From a virus, in IMG/VR virus record IMGVR_UViG_3300044608_002890: a DNA stretch of 64,000 nt; one strand, 5' to 3'. The stretch's first letter is position 1. Every line of letters begins with the position of its first letter. Below, in pieces: positions 29,459 through 39,711 of the stretch. Under the pieces are notes generated by a model, which ran no database searches, was not told where the DNA came from, and worked only from the letters and a program-made list of their open reading frames with translations. The position numbers were made by a program, and so were the translations under genes.

Positions 29459-31186
29459 ATGGCATTTCAGCTTTCACCAGGTGTACTGGTAACTGAAAGG
29501 GACCTTACCGATGTAGTCCCAGCAGTCGCCACCACTGCTGGTGGGTATGCCGGGCATTTTAACTGGGGACCAGTTAACAAGGTCGTAGCTGTTGATAGCG
29601 AGAGATCGCTAACCAAGAGCCACGGAACTCCCGACAGCTCCACCTACGAATCATTTTTTACAGCAGCAAATTTCCTTAGCTATGGCAACAACCTTCAAGT
29701 TGTTAGAGCCGGAGCGACAGCACATAGAAATGCAGTGGCGGCTGTGAACCTAAGCAACACCGGTGGTACAGCCACCATCATCAATAACCAAGATTCTTAC
29801 GAAGCAAATGCTTCGTTTTTTGCTGGCACCATAGCCTTTGATACTGGTATTTTTGCAGCCAAGTATCCTGGTACCTGGGGCAACAGTTTGAAAATAAGCA
29901 TGGCTGATGCCAATACATTTTCTAGCTGGACCTATGCTGCTCAGTTTGATGGCAATCCCGGCACCAGTGACTATGCTAGTGTCAGAGGCGGTTCCTTGGA
30001 TGGACTGCATGTCATTGTCATTGACGAAGATGGTTTGTTCAGTGGCACTCCTGGAACGGTGTTGGAAAAATTCCCATACCTTAGCAAAGCAAGCGACGCC
30101 AAGAAAAGCGATGGCAGCTCTGCATACTATAAAGATGTGCTAAGAGACCAGAGTGGATATGTGTATGCCATTGCACATCCAGCATCAGCCAACCTAGCAC
30201 CAGGAGCAAATACAGCCTGGGGTACTACAGTTGTTAGCACTACTTTTGGTAACCTCATAACAGCAGTAACATCAAGCTTTGTTGGTGGTGCTCTTGGTAC
30301 TCCAACCGACGGTGATGTAACTACTGCATACGACGAGTTCAAGCAAGACGGTTTATATGACCTAAGTTTGGTACCCATTGGTAGTTATGGTGCTAACGTA
30401 ATAAGCTATGTAGTAAATAACATCTGTGAAGTGCGCAAAGATTGTGTAGCGTTCTTTGGACCACCTCTTAGCAATGTATTGAACCGTACCAGCACAACTG
30501 TTGCTACTACTGCAGTTACTGGCTACAGAGATGCCATTAACCTTAATACCAGCTATGCTGTCATGGACAGTGGTTGGAAATATCAGTACGATCGTTACAA
30601 TGACACTTATCGTTGGGTTCCATTAAACGGCGATATTGCTGGTTTATGCGCCAGAACAGATTTTGTAGCTGATCCATGGTATAGCCCTGCAGGTTATAGT
30701 CGCGGCGTTATCAAGAACGTAGTCAAGTTGGCATACAGCCCAACACTTACCGATCGTGATAACCTCTATAAGAAGGGCGTTAACCCTGTTGTTAGCTTCC
30801 CTGGTCAAGGTACGGTATTGTTTGGTGACAAGACTCAGCTTACCAAGCCCAGTGCATTTGATCGCATCAACGTTCGTAGATTGTTCATTGTGCTAGAAAA
30901 AGCCATTGCGACCGCAGCCAAGTATCAGCTGTTTGAGTTCAATGATGCATTTACACGTGCACAGTTCCGCAATCTCGTAGAACCATTCCTGCGTGATGTA
31001 CAGGGTCGCAGAGGCATTACGGACTTCAAGGTAGTTTGTGACGAAACAAACAACACCGGTGAGGTCATAGATCGTAATGAATTTGTGGCTGACATCTTCA
31101 TCAAGCCAGCTCGTTCCATCAACTTCATTACCCTGAACTTCATTGCTACCCGCACAGGCATAGCATTCGAAGAAGTTGGCGCCTAA
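29459..31186 (+). CDS. gp18: tail sheath protein gp18
   Basis: MAFQLSPGVLVTERDLT..FNWGPV..WVPLNGDIAGLCAR..FDRINVRRLF..FIKPARSINFITLNFIATRTG. Confidence 0.97.
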   Translation: MAFQLSPGVLVTERDLTDVVPAVATTAGGYAGHFNWGPVNKVVAVDSERSLTKSHGTPDSSTYESFFTAANFLSYGNNLQVVRAGATAHRNAVAAVNLSNTGGTATIINNQDSYEANASFFAGTIAFDTGIFAAKYPGTWGNSLKISMADANTFSSWTYAAQFDGNPGTSDYASVRGGSLDGLHVIVIDEDGLFSGTPGTVLEKFPYLSKASDAKKSDGSSAYYKDVLRDQSGYVYAIAHPASANLAPGANTAWGTTVVSTTFGNLITAVTSSFVGGALGTPTDGDVTTAYDEFKQDGLYDLSLVPIGSYGANVISYVVNNICEVRKDCVAFFGPPLSNVLNRTSTTVATTAVTGYRDAINLNTSYAVMDSGWKYQYDRYNDTYRWVPLNGDIAGLCARTDFVADPWYSPAGYSRGVIKNVVKLAYSPTLTDRDNLYKKGVNPVVSFPGQGTVLFGDKTQLTKPSAFDRINVRRLFIVLEKAIATAAKYQLFEFNDAFTRAQFRNLVEPFLRDVQGRRGITDFKVVCDETNNTGEVIDRNEFVADIFIKPARSINFITLNFIATRTGIAFEEVGA

Positions 31187-31196
31187 GGAGATATAG

Positions 31197-31781
31197 ATGT
31201 CCACCGTATTTAACGTAGATAGATTCAAGGCTGCGCTGACAAACGGTGGGGTTCGCCCCAACCAGTTTGCCGTGTTCCTTAGCTTTCCGACCTATGTTGG
31301 AGCACAGGCCGTTGCAGTTGCACGTGCTCCATTCCTGGTAACTGCTGCTGAGCTGCCAGGTCAGGACATTGGTCCGGCCACAGTATTTTACCGTGGTCGT
31401 GAAGTTAAGTTTGCTGGCGATCGTATATTTGCTCCCTGGACCATCACAGTATTGAATGACTCAGATTTCAGCATTCGTACTGCCATGGAACAGTGGATGA
31501 ACGGCATGGAAGACTTGGTCAACAAGTCCGGCCGTTTGAACCCATCAACCTATCAGCGCGATTTGGATGTATTCCAACTGGATCGCAATGGTGCGGTGCT
31601 TAAGGGTTATAAGCTAGTCAGCGCATTCCCCTCAAACCTTGCTCCAGTACCTCTGGACTTTGGTGCCAATGACCAGATCAGTAACTTTACTGTGACCTGG
31701 CAGTATCAGCACTTTACTGTGACCAATGCCAGCACTACGCAGACACTTAGCATTGCCAGTGTCTTTAGTGGTGCTCTTTAA
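31197..31781 (+). CDS. gp19: tail tube protein gp19
   Basis: GVRPNQFAV..YRGREVKFAGDRIFAPWTITVLND..QLDRNG..FTVTWQY. Confidence 0.95.
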   Translation: MSTVFNVDRFKAALTNGGVRPNQFAVFLSFPTYVGAQAVAVARAPFLVTAAELPGQDIGPATVFYRGREVKFAGDRIFAPWTITVLNDSDFSIRTAMEQWMNGMEDLVNKSGRLNPSTYQRDLDVFQLDRNGAVLKGYKLVSAFPSNLAPVPLDFGANDQISNFTVTWQYQHFTVTNASTTQTLSIASVFSGAL

Positions 31782-31797
31782 TTAGTTTGGATTAGTT

Positions 31798-33426
31798 ATG
31801 GCCATATCATTGTTTGGTTTTACCATCAGCCGTGCAAGTCCGGAGGATACGACCAATAGAGCCCAAAGCTTTATTACGCCGACTCCGGATGACGGCGCCA
31901 GTACCGTGCAGGCCGGCGGTTACTTCGGCACCTTTGTTGATTTAGATGCAACGGCCAAGTCAGAGTCAGAACTCATAACACGTTATCGCGAAGCCAGCAT
32001 GTATCCGGATTGCTCCAGTGCCATTGACGAAATTGTCAGTGAAGCCATAGCAGCCGTAGATGATGAAAATCCTGTTGACATCAACCTCGACGAAATTGAT
32101 CTGGACGAAGGCATCAAGAAAACCATAAGCAAAGAATTCAAAGAAGTATTGCGTTTGCTGGAATTCAACAGCAAGGGATTCGACATCTTTCGTCGTTGGT
32201 ACATCGATGGCCGCCTGTATTTTCAGAAAGTCATTGACATTAAAGCACCCAAACGTGGTGTGCTAGAACTTAGACAGATCGATCCACGCAAGATTCGCAA
32301 GGTTCGAAATGTCAGCAAAGAAAAGTTGCCTACAGGTGTTGAAGTCATCAAGAACATCGAAGAATTTTTCATATACAATGATAAAGGCATTCAGTTCAAT
32401 GCCAACTATTTTTCCGGTGGACCCAGCCATACCAATCAGGGCATCAAGATTGCACCGGACAGCATTACCTTTGTTCCCAGTGGATTGCTGGACCTGGAAA
32501 AGAACGTAGTTCTAAGCTATTTGCACAAGGCCATCAAACCCGTAAACCAGTTGAAGATGATGGAAGACGCTCTGGTCATCTATCGCCTCAGCCGTGCACC
32601 GGAACGCAGAATATTCTATATTGATGTGGGTAACCTGCCCAAGATCAAGGCCGAGCAATACATGAAAGACATCATGGCTCGGTATCGCAACAAAATCATC
32701 TATGACTCCAGCACCGGTGAAATACGTGATGATCGCAAAGTCATGAGCATGCTGGAAGACTTTTGGTTGCCTCGCCGCGAAGGTGGACGTGGCACAGAAA
32801 TTACTACCTTGCCTGGCGGTGAAAATCTGGGCCAGATCGATGACATTAACTACTTTCAGAATAAACTTTATCAGTCTCTGAATGTACCCGTAAGTCGCAT
32901 GCAATCACAGACTGGTCTGAATTTTGGTCGTGTTGCCGAAGTTACCAGAGACGAACTAAAATTTGCCAAATTTGTCAGCAGACTTCGTAAAAAGTTTAAC
33001 GATCTATTCAATGATGTGCTGAGAACACAGCTCATACTCAAGGGCATCATTACACAAGCTGACTGGGAAATCTTACAAGAAGGCATACAGTATCAGTATG
33101 CGCAGGATCAGTATTTCCAAGAACTCAAAGAAGCCGAGACCATGCGCAACCGCATCGATCTGCTCAATCAAGTACAGCCCTATGTTGGCTTTTACTTTAG
33201 CAAGAAATACGTACAGCGCAACATCTTGCGTCTAAGTGATGACGACATCGAGGACATGGACGAAGAGATTGGTGAAGAACCTCAGATGGTGGCACCTGCA
33301 GATGGTGCACCTTTACCCTCGGCTACAGCAGTGCAAGCAGCCAGCTCAGAAAACCGGCCTGCGAGCCAAATAAATACTCAGAATGAATCAGTTGCGGAGA
33401 ATGTAAAATGGATTTCAGCCAAGTAA
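31798..33426 (+). CDS. gp20: portal protein gp20
   Basis: WYIDGRLYF..LHKAIKPVNQLKMMEDALVIYRLSRAPERRIFYIDVGNLPK..MLEDFWLPRREGGRGTEITTLPGG. Confidence 0.98.
   Translation: MAISLFGFTISRASPEDTTNRAQSFITPTPDDGASTVQAGGYFGTFVDLDATAKSESELITRYREASMYPDCSSAIDEIVSEAIAAVDDENPVDINLDEIDLDEGIKKTISKEFKEVLRLLEFNSKGFDIFRRWYIDGRLYFQKVIDIKAPKRGVLELRQIDPRKIRKVRNVSKEKLPTGVEVIKNIEEFFIYNDKGIQFNANYFSGGPSHTNQGIKIAPDSITFVPSGLLDLEKNVVLSYLHKAIKPVNQLKMMEDALVIYRLSRAPERRIFYIDVGNLPKIKAEQYMKDIMARYRNKIIYDSSTGEIRDDRKVMSMLEDFWLPRREGGRGTEITTLPGGENLGQIDDINYFQNKLYQSLNVPVSRMQSQTGLNFGRVAEVTRDELKFAKFVSRLRKKFNDLFNDVLRTQLILKGIITQADWEILQEGIQYQYAQDQYFQELKEAETMRNRIDLLNQVQPYVGFYFSKKYVQRNILRLSDDDIEDMDEEIGEEPQMVAPADGAPLPSATAVQAASSENRPASQINTQNESVAENVKWISAK
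33369..33376 (+). promoter_or_regulatory. late promoter variant (AATAAATA) inside the 3' end of gp20
   Basis: One mismatch to consensus, ~30 nt upstream of the ORF at 33408. Confidence 0.45.
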
Positions 33427-33611
33427 TCGACACCATGGTCACAGACATCATGAACAATAGCAGCTCAGATGCGCGTTCTAAGTTCAATGATGTTATGGCA
33501 TCTAAACTGACCGATGCCCTTGATGCCAAAAAACAAGAACTACAACAGACGTTGTACAGAAGCGAACCCGCAGCAGCCGAACCGGAGTCCACTGAAAATG
33601 TTCCAGCTTAG
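33408..33611 (+). CDS. small prohead core protein (gp67-like position)
   Basis: Acidic 67-aa ORF directly after the portal; ARSKFNDVMASKLTDALDAKKQE. Confidence 0.65.
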   Translation: MDFSQVIDTMVTDIMNNSSSDARSKFNDVMASKLTDALDAKKQELQQTLYRSEPAAAEPESTENVPA

Positions 33612-33819
33612 AGATTTCAGACAACTACAGATTGAAAAAGAACTCGAAGGACTGGATGAGCTCTTAGAAAAGCTCAAGCCTTCGGATCCTACCAGCAAGT
33701 ATATTCACGATTTCGTTCATAGTGACAATCCAAAGTTTGCTGGCAAAAGCAAAAAGGAACGCATTCGCATGGCCTTGGGTGCCAAGTATGGCGCCATGCG
33801 CAAGATGAAACAAGGATAA
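33598..33819 (+). CDS. small head/prohead-associated protein
   Basis: MFQLRDF..HDFVHSDNPKFAGKSKKERIRMALGAKY, a motif recurrent in T4-like head proteins. Start placed at ATG 33598. Confidence 0.6.
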   Translation: MFQLRDFRQLQIEKELEGLDELLEKLKPSDPTSKYIHDFVHSDNPKFAGKSKKERIRMALGAKYGAMRKMKQG

Positions 33820-33823
33820 AAAA

Positions 33824-34219
33824 ATGCCTCAGCACATCCTAAAAAAGGTCAGACAACAGGCCGTAGTACAGTACATAGGTTCAGGTTCTAGTACTGTGGA
33901 CCTAGCAGCCTTGGCCTTGGCTGATGAAACTTTCGATAGAGCCAACAGTAAAGTAACTCTGGCCCATGTATATTTTAACTTTGTAACCGCAGGCAACATA
34001 CAAAGAGCCGATGGTACAACCATTCTAGAAGTTGGTGCAGGTGCTCTGGATAACTGGGACATGAGCCAGCAAGGCGGATTTGTACTAAGCCAAAGTGCCA
34101 ACACCAATGTCATTGTTAACATGGGTGCTAGTGCTGGTACTGTCATACTTACCCTGCATAAATCTGCAGGCTATGCTGAGCCAGATAATCAATCCAGAAC
34201 AACCGCCAATAAGTGGTAA
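33824..34219 (+). CDS. prohead core / hypothetical protein between gp20 and gp21
   Basis: Position upstream of gp21; ends VILTLHKSAGY. Confidence 0.6.
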   Translation: MPQHILKKVRQQAVVQYIGSGSSTVDLAALALADETFDRANSKVTLAHVYFNFVTAGNIQRADGTTILEVGAGALDNWDMSQQGGFVLSQSANTNVIVNMGASAGTVILTLHKSAGYAEPDNQSRTTANKW

Positions 34220-34222
34220 GCC

Positions 34223-34873
34223 ATGAAACTAATCAGAGAAAGTACTCAGGAACTGCAGTACATTACCGAAGATGCCAAAAGTGGCGGCAAAAGCTACTTC
34301 ATCGAAGGTATCTTCATGCAGTCCGATCAACAGAACAGAAATGGTCGAGTATATCCTTACTCGGTCATGGAAAAAGAGCTCCAGCGTTATCAGAACATGA
34401 TAGCCGAAAAGCGAAGCTTGGGTGAATTAGGACATCCTGACAACCCTAGCATAAACTTAAATCAGGTAAGCCACCTGATCACCAGCCTAAAATTCGAAGG
34501 CAAGGACGTCATAGGTCGTGCTAAGATTTTAGAAACACCCATGGGCAAGATTGCCCGCAACTTTATTGATGAGGGTGTGCGCCTTGGTGTTAGCAGTCGT
34601 GGACTAGGTAGTCTCAAAGAGAACAGGGATGGCATCATGGAAGTGCAGGATGATTTTCATCTTGCTACTGTAGACATTGTTGCTGATCCTAGTGCTCCAG
34701 ATGCCTTTGTTGCTGGCATCATGGAAGGCAAGGAATGGATTCTGGAAAATGGTCGTTGGACCAGCGTGCAGGTAGAAAAAGCACAGGCGACCATTAAAAA
34801 AGCATCCAAGGCAGCATTGGACGAAACCAAGATTAAAATCTGGGAACAGTTCATGGCAGGCCTTTCAAGGTAA
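34223..34873 (+). CDS. gp21: prohead protease gp21
   Basis: IEGIFMQ..NRNGRVYP..LGELGHP..GVSSRGLGS..DIVADPSAPDAFV. Confidence 0.97.
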   Translation: MKLIRESTQELQYITEDAKSGGKSYFIEGIFMQSDQQNRNGRVYPYSVMEKELQRYQNMIAEKRSLGELGHPDNPSINLNQVSHLITSLKFEGKDVIGRAKILETPMGKIARNFIDEGVRLGVSSRGLGSLKENRDGIMEVQDDFHLATVDIVADPSAPDAFVAGIMEGKEWILENGRWTSVQVEKAQATIKKASKAALDETKIKIWEQFMAGLSR

Positions 34874-34880
34874 TCATTCT

Positions 34881-34888
34881 TATAAATA
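34881..34888 (+). promoter_or_regulatory. T4 late promoter (TATAAATA)
   Basis: Exact consensus upstream of gp22. Confidence 0.85.
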
Positions 34889-34921
34889 AACAATAGCAAA
34901 AAATCATTTAGGAGACTCTAA

Positions 34922-36079
34922 ATGTCGGTAGATAGTAAAATTAAACAGTTGCTGGAGCGTCTAGAGGCTCGCAAACTTGATGAGGCCGAAACCATGGGTG
35001 CCGGAAGCGTTACCAAGGACAGCACAATGAAGACTCAAGTATCAGGCGATGCAACTAACCCCATGCAAGGTTCTAGCGAAAAGGCTAGCTTTGAAACCAG
35101 GGATGAAAAAGAGCCCAATCAAGGTGCCGTTGCTGCTAAGCCACTGGGCATGAAGAATACACTTACGGCTCAGGGACCTGGCCAAGCTCCTAACTTTACA
35201 ACAGTTGCCAATCAGCCAGCCAATGCGGTGAATCAATCCACCAGTAAGGGCAATGTTCATCAGGAAGAAACCGAAGTAGAAGCTGATCTCGTCGAAGAAA
35301 TTACCGACGATGAAGTAGCTGCTAGCGCCGAAACAGCTGAGCCAACCCAGGTACAGGCCATCGACCTTAGCCCAATCTTTGGTGCTGATCTTAGCGAAGA
35401 ATTCAGAGAAAAAGCAACCAGCATTTTTGAAGCTGCTGTTGTTGCTCGTGTAAACCACGAAATGGAAAAAATCAATGCAGCCCTCGATGAGAAGTTTGCC
35501 GAGGATGTAGCTGAATTCCAGAAACAAATCGTGGAAAAAGTAGATTCCTACCTCAACTATGTGGTAGAAAATTGGATGAAGGAAAACGAAGTTGCGATTG
35601 AACAAGGTCTCCGCACCGAAATCGCCGAGGACTTTATCCAAGGTCTCCAGGTACTATTCAAAGAACACTATATTGAAGTGCCTGAAGAAAAATATGATGT
35701 ACTAGGTGAACTAGAAGCAACAGCATTGGAACTTCAGACTCAAGTAGACGAAGTCATGAACGAAAATGTTGAGCTCAAACAACAGGTTGTTGAGATGCAA
35801 CGCCTGGCTGTTATTGCCGAGATGAGCAAAGATCTCGCCGACACCGAAAAGTCAAAGCTGAACAAGCTCTTGGAAGGTGTTCAATTCGAAGATGAGCAGT
35901 TATTCAAAGACAAAGTAAATGTCATCAAAGAAAATTACTTTCCTAAGAATGCACCTGCTGCAGCATCGTCAGTTCAGAATCTGGTCGAAGACGCTTCACA
36001 AGCACCGGCCAACATGAGTGCTGATAGTGTTGTAAACCAGTATGCTCAGGCTCTCTCAAGAACCGTCAAGAAAAAGTAA
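34922..36079 (+). CDS. gp22: prohead scaffolding protein gp22
   Basis: LSEEFREKATSIFEAAV..VDSYLNYVVENWMKENEVAIEQGLRTEIAEDF..IKENYF. Confidence 0.95.
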   Translation: MSVDSKIKQLLERLEARKLDEAETMGAGSVTKDSTMKTQVSGDATNPMQGSSEKASFETRDEKEPNQGAVAAKPLGMKNTLTAQGPGQAPNFTTVANQPANAVNQSTSKGNVHQEETEVEADLVEEITDDEVAASAETAEPTQVQAIDLSPIFGADLSEEFREKATSIFEAAVVARVNHEMEKINAALDEKFAEDVAEFQKQIVEKVDSYLNYVVENWMKENEVAIEQGLRTEIAEDFIQGLQVLFKEHYIEVPEEKYDVLGELEATALELQTQVDEVMNENVELKQQVVEMQRLAVIAEMSKDLADTEKSKLNKLLEGVQFEDEQLFKDKVNVIKENYFPKNAPAAASSVQNLVEDASQAPANMSADSVVNQYAQALSRTVKKK

Positions 36080-36081
36080 GT

Positions 36082-36089
36082 AATAAATA
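36082..36089 (+). promoter_or_regulatory. late promoter variant (AATAAATA) upstream of gp23
   Basis: Intergenic, followed by an AGGAG RBS and the gp23 start. Confidence 0.65.
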
Positions 36090-36115
36090 TTACAAAGATC
36101 CTTTAGGAGACCTTA

Positions 36116-37414
36116 ATGTTTTTGTCCGAACAACTTCAAAGCAAATGGGCACAGATTCTGGACCATCCAGATCTCCCCGAAATCAAAGACAGCTATAAGC
36201 GTCAAGTAACCAGTGTTCTTCTTGAGAACCAAGAAAAAGCACTGCGTGAAGAGCGTAGCTCAATGTTGACCGAAACTCCTGCTAACAGCATTGGTGACGG
36301 TACAGTTGGTGTTGCCAAGTATGACCCCATCCTTATTGGATTGGTTCGTCGTGCCATGCCTAACCTCATGGCCTATGACATCTGCGGTGTTCAGCCCATG
36401 ACTGGTCCTACGGGCCTGATTTTTGCAATGCGTGCCATGTATGGTTCAAACCGTACAGCCACCGACCGTGGTCAGTACGAAGCACTGTACAACGAAGCCG
36501 ACACCGACTTCAGTGGTGACGCAACTAGCACCCACAGTGGTTCTATTAGCAACATCCTGGCAACTGGCAGCTATACCACTGGTACAGCTAATAGCACAGC
36601 CAACATGGAAGCTGCTCAAGACTACAATGAAATGTCTTTTGCAATTGACAAGACAACTGTTACTGCCAAGAGCCGTGCGCTTAAAGCAGAATACACAGTT
36701 GAACTTGCTCAGGACCTGAAAGCCATTCATGGTTTGGATGCTGAGGCTGAGCTAAGCAACATCCTTAGCCAAGAGTTCATGTTTGAGATCAACCGCGAAG
36801 TAGTTCGTTTGATCTACAAAGTAGCCAAAATTGGTAGCCCAGCTACTGCAGCTCCTGGTACTTTTGACCTTGACGTTGATTCCAACGGTCGTTGGAGCGT
36901 AGAGCGTTTCAAAGGTCTGTTGTTCAACATTGAGCGTGATGCCAACCATATTGCCCAAGACACACGTCGTGGCAAAGGTAACATCATTGTTTGCTCTGCA
37001 GACGTAGCTAGCGCCCTGGCCATGGCTGGTGTGCTTGATTATGCTCCTGCACTGAGCACCAACCTCACAGTTGACGATACAGGCAATACTTTTGCTGGTG
37101 TATTGAACGGTCGTTTCCGTGTATACATCGACCCATATACTGGCAACCTTGGTGCTGCTAACCAGTTTTACATGGTAGGTTATAAGGGTGCAAGTCCTTA
37201 TGACGCTGGTATTTTCTATTGCCCATACGTGCCTCTGCAAATGGTTCGTGCCATCGATCCTAACAGCTTCCAGCCAAAGATTGGCTTCAAGACTCGTTAC
37301 GGTCTAATCGCTAACCCATATGTAACTGCTGCTAACGGTGCTAACGATGCAGATAGCTTCACCGCTAACCGCAATCAGTACTATCGCAAGACCCGTGTTG
37401 TAAACCTCATGTAA
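36116..37414 (+). CDS. gp23: major capsid protein gp23
   Basis: LVRRAMPNLMAYDICGVQPMTGPTGLIFAMR..AKSRALKAEYTVELAQDLKAIHGLDAEAELSNIL..FQPKIGFKTRYG. Confidence 0.98.
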   Translation: MFLSEQLQSKWAQILDHPDLPEIKDSYKRQVTSVLLENQEKALREERSSMLTETPANSIGDGTVGVAKYDPILIGLVRRAMPNLMAYDICGVQPMTGPTGLIFAMRAMYGSNRTATDRGQYEALYNEADTDFSGDATSTHSGSISNILATGSYTTGTANSTANMEAAQDYNEMSFAIDKTTVTAKSRALKAEYTVELAQDLKAIHGLDAEAELSNILSQEFMFEINREVVRLIYKVAKIGSPATAAPGTFDLDVDSNGRWSVERFKGLLFNIERDANHIAQDTRRGKGNIIVCSADVASALAMAGVLDYAPALSTNLTVDDTGNTFAGVLNGRFRVYIDPYTGNLGAANQFYMVGYKGASPYDAGIFYCPYVPLQMVRAIDPNSFQPKIGFKTRYGLIANPYVTAANGANDADSFTANRNQYYRKTRVVNLM

Positions 37415-37464
37415 TAAAGTTGGTCTTGCGGGACCGACTATGAAGTCGACACAGATCGACGATT

Positions 37465-37489
37465 GGGGCGCTTAGGCGCCCCTTTTTTT
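37465..37489 (+). terminator. rho-independent terminator after gp23
   Basis: GGGGCGC-TTAG-GCGCCCC followed by TTTTTTT. Confidence 0.9.
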
Positions 37490-37492
37490 CAA

Positions 37493-37500
37493 TATAAATA
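37493..37500 (+). promoter_or_regulatory. T4 late promoter (TATAAATA)
   Basis: Exact consensus immediately after the terminator, upstream of the AGGAG RBS of the 37525 ORF. Confidence 0.85.
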
Positions 37501-37524
37501 TTGATATTACATTAGGAGATTTTT

Positions 37525-38181
37525 ATGCTATGGCGTAATGATTTGGTAAAAGATATAAGATTTCATGATTCAGATGATGATGTTGATGAACCCCTACGTG
37601 CAAGAATGAATGTATCTTGGAATATTCCGCCCGATCAGGCTGGACCATATTCGCACTTTACATTGGATAATCACAGAGCTTTGCAGTTTTCCATAGATAA
37701 CTTCAAACAACGAACTGGCAGACCTCTTAGAACAATTTTAGAAATTGGTGTTGGTATAAAGTTTTTCATGGATCATGGATCAGCATCTACTTCGACTCTT
37801 TTGAAAAACCTAGATGCTGATGGTAAGTATTTGGGTATCGATATTCAAGATTCAAGTCATGTGCATGATCCCAACAAGGGGATTCATACCATGATTGTTA
37901 GGTCTGAAGACATAGCAACAGTTCGTAAAAAAATGCTAGAAATTGGTATCAATGAAATTGATTATTTGTTTATTGATGGATGGCACAGTATTAATCAGGT
38001 TTTAAAAGAATGGGAATATACACAATTCCTTAGTCCTGGCGCTGTAGTCGGCTGGCACGATACCAAGGCTCATCCTGGACCATATTTGTTTTTGCGAAAT
38101 CTAGATAAAAACAAATGGGTGTCCTATGAAAACCTATGCCCAAACGACTATGGATTTGGATACTGCTATAGAAAGAATTAA
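37525..38181 (+). CDS. class I SAM-dependent methyltransferase (Methyltransf_24-like)
   Basis: ILEIGVG motif I, YLGIDI, DYLFIDGWHS..GAVVGWHDT. Confidence 0.8.
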   Translation: MLWRNDLVKDIRFHDSDDDVDEPLRARMNVSWNIPPDQAGPYSHFTLDNHRALQFSIDNFKQRTGRPLRTILEIGVGIKFFMDHGSASTSTLLKNLDADGKYLGIDIQDSSHVHDPNKGIHTMIVRSEDIATVRKKMLEIGINEIDYLFIDGWHSINQVLKEWEYTQFLSPGAVVGWHDTKAHPGPYLFLRNLDKNKWVSYENLCPNDYGFGYCYRKN

Positions 38182-38750
38182 TGTACACAAGCAACGCCAC
38201 AATAATCAAAGAAAATTGGACACGCACACGTCCAAGTACGGTCAATTTCCTTAGACCGAATAGTTTTCTATTCAGCATCAAAGATTTGCCCAATACCAAT
38301 TTTACATGTCAGAGTGCTAACCTACCGGCCTTGAATTTAGGCTTTGCAGTTCAATCGACACCTTTTACGGACTTGCCTAGAATAGGCGATAAGATAAATT
38401 TTGGAGAATTTACTGTTCGTTTCATCATAACCGAAGACATGGGCAATTATCTTGAGCTCTATCGTTGGCTCATAGCTCTTGGTTTTCCCTATGACTTCAA
38501 CCAATTTGGTAGTTTTGTTCAATCGCGTCGCGACATCTTCCCATTCAATACTGGTGATGGTGGAGCCTATAGTGACGGTACTTTGACCATACTAAATAGT
38601 AGTAACCTACCACAGACCAGAATTTTGTTCAGGGATTTATTCCCTATTAGCCTAGAAGCACTTGACTTCGATGTCACAGGTGCTACACTAGAGTATTTTA
38701 CTGCCATTGCATCATTCAAATATAAGTATTTTGATGTAGAGGTTCTTTAG
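38181..38750 (+). CDS. gp3: tail completion / tube terminator gp3
   Basis: NFLRPNSFLFSI..CQSANLP..FTVRFIITEDMGNYLELYRW..FRDLFPISL..YFTAIASFKY; position before uvsY. Confidence 0.85.
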   Translation: MYTSNATIIKENWTRTRPSTVNFLRPNSFLFSIKDLPNTNFTCQSANLPALNLGFAVQSTPFTDLPRIGDKINFGEFTVRFIITEDMGNYLELYRWLIALGFPYDFNQFGSFVQSRRDIFPFNTGDGGAYSDGTLTILNSSNLPQTRILFRDLFPISLEALDFDVTGATLEYFTAIASFKYKYFDVEVL

Positions 38751-38772
38751 TTATTTTTGAATTGGAGATATT

Positions 38773-39696
38773 ATGTCTGATCAAGTTCCTACCTCTGTCC
38801 CGCCAGTAGAGGTAAGTAGTTTCCCACCAGGTTTTACGCCTGAAGAATTCAAACAAGCCACACCACAACTCCCCCCGGCCCCAGGTCAAAATACCATTCA
38901 GGTCAATATTGGTGATCTACAGAAAGAGCGTATCTTCGTAGCAACTCCTTGTTATGGTGGTGCTTTGACCGAACCCTACTTCCGTAGTACGGTAAAATTG
39001 TTGACTTTCTGCAATCAACATAAAATTCCCCTGGCTTTTGGTACCATTGCCAACGAGAGTCTGGTGACTCGTGCTCGTAATGTTTTGGTTGCATATTTCC
39101 TGCAGTCTAACTTTACCAAGCTCTTGTTCATTGATGCTGATATCGAATATCAGATCGAAGATGTCATCAAGCTCATGTATCACGACAAAGATATTGTTGT
39201 TGGTGCCTATCCCAAGAAAGGCGTCAACTGGCAGCGCATCAAGGAAGCTGTATCAGACCAGAAAGATGTACGGCACGATGATCGTCAAATTGCTGCTTTT
39301 GGTTCGGATTATGCCATCAACTTTCAGTTTGTAAATCGTGATCTTAAACAGATTGCCATTGAGCGTGGACTCATTAAATTGCATGATGCTGGAACAGGTT
39401 TCATGATGATCAAACGTACAGCCATTGACAAGATGATAGCTGCATATCCTGAACTCAAATACAACAACGACCTCAACATCGGTCAGGATTTGAATGACAT
39501 GTTCTATGCGTTGTTCGATACCATGATTGATCCCAAGGATCGCCGTTATCTGAGTGAGGACTATACATTCTGTCGTCGTTGGCAGAGCATGGGTGGTGAT
39601 ATTTGGTTGGATCCTAGCATCAGTCTTAACCATTATGGCAGCTTCTGCTTCCAGGGCAATCCTGCTCAGATCATTAACTTTGGTCCGCAGTCATAA
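38773..39696 (+). CDS. GT-A fold glycosyltransferase-like protein
   Basis: IFVATPCYGG..LLFIDADI (DxD)..VVGAYPKK..AGTGFMMIKR..YLSEDYTFCRRW. Confidence 0.65.
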   Translation: MSDQVPTSVPPVEVSSFPPGFTPEEFKQATPQLPPAPGQNTIQVNIGDLQKERIFVATPCYGGALTEPYFRSTVKLLTFCNQHKIPLAFGTIANESLVTRARNVLVAYFLQSNFTKLLFIDADIEYQIEDVIKLMYHDKDIVVGAYPKKGVNWQRIKEAVSDQKDVRHDDRQIAAFGSDYAINFQFVNRDLKQIAIERGLIKLHDAGTGFMMIKRTAIDKMIAAYPELKYNNDLNIGQDLNDMFYALFDTMIDPKDRRYLSEDYTFCRRWQSMGGDIWLDPSISLNHYGSFCFQGNPAQIINFGPQS

Positions 39697-39711
39697 TTTT
39701 GCTTTTTTGTT

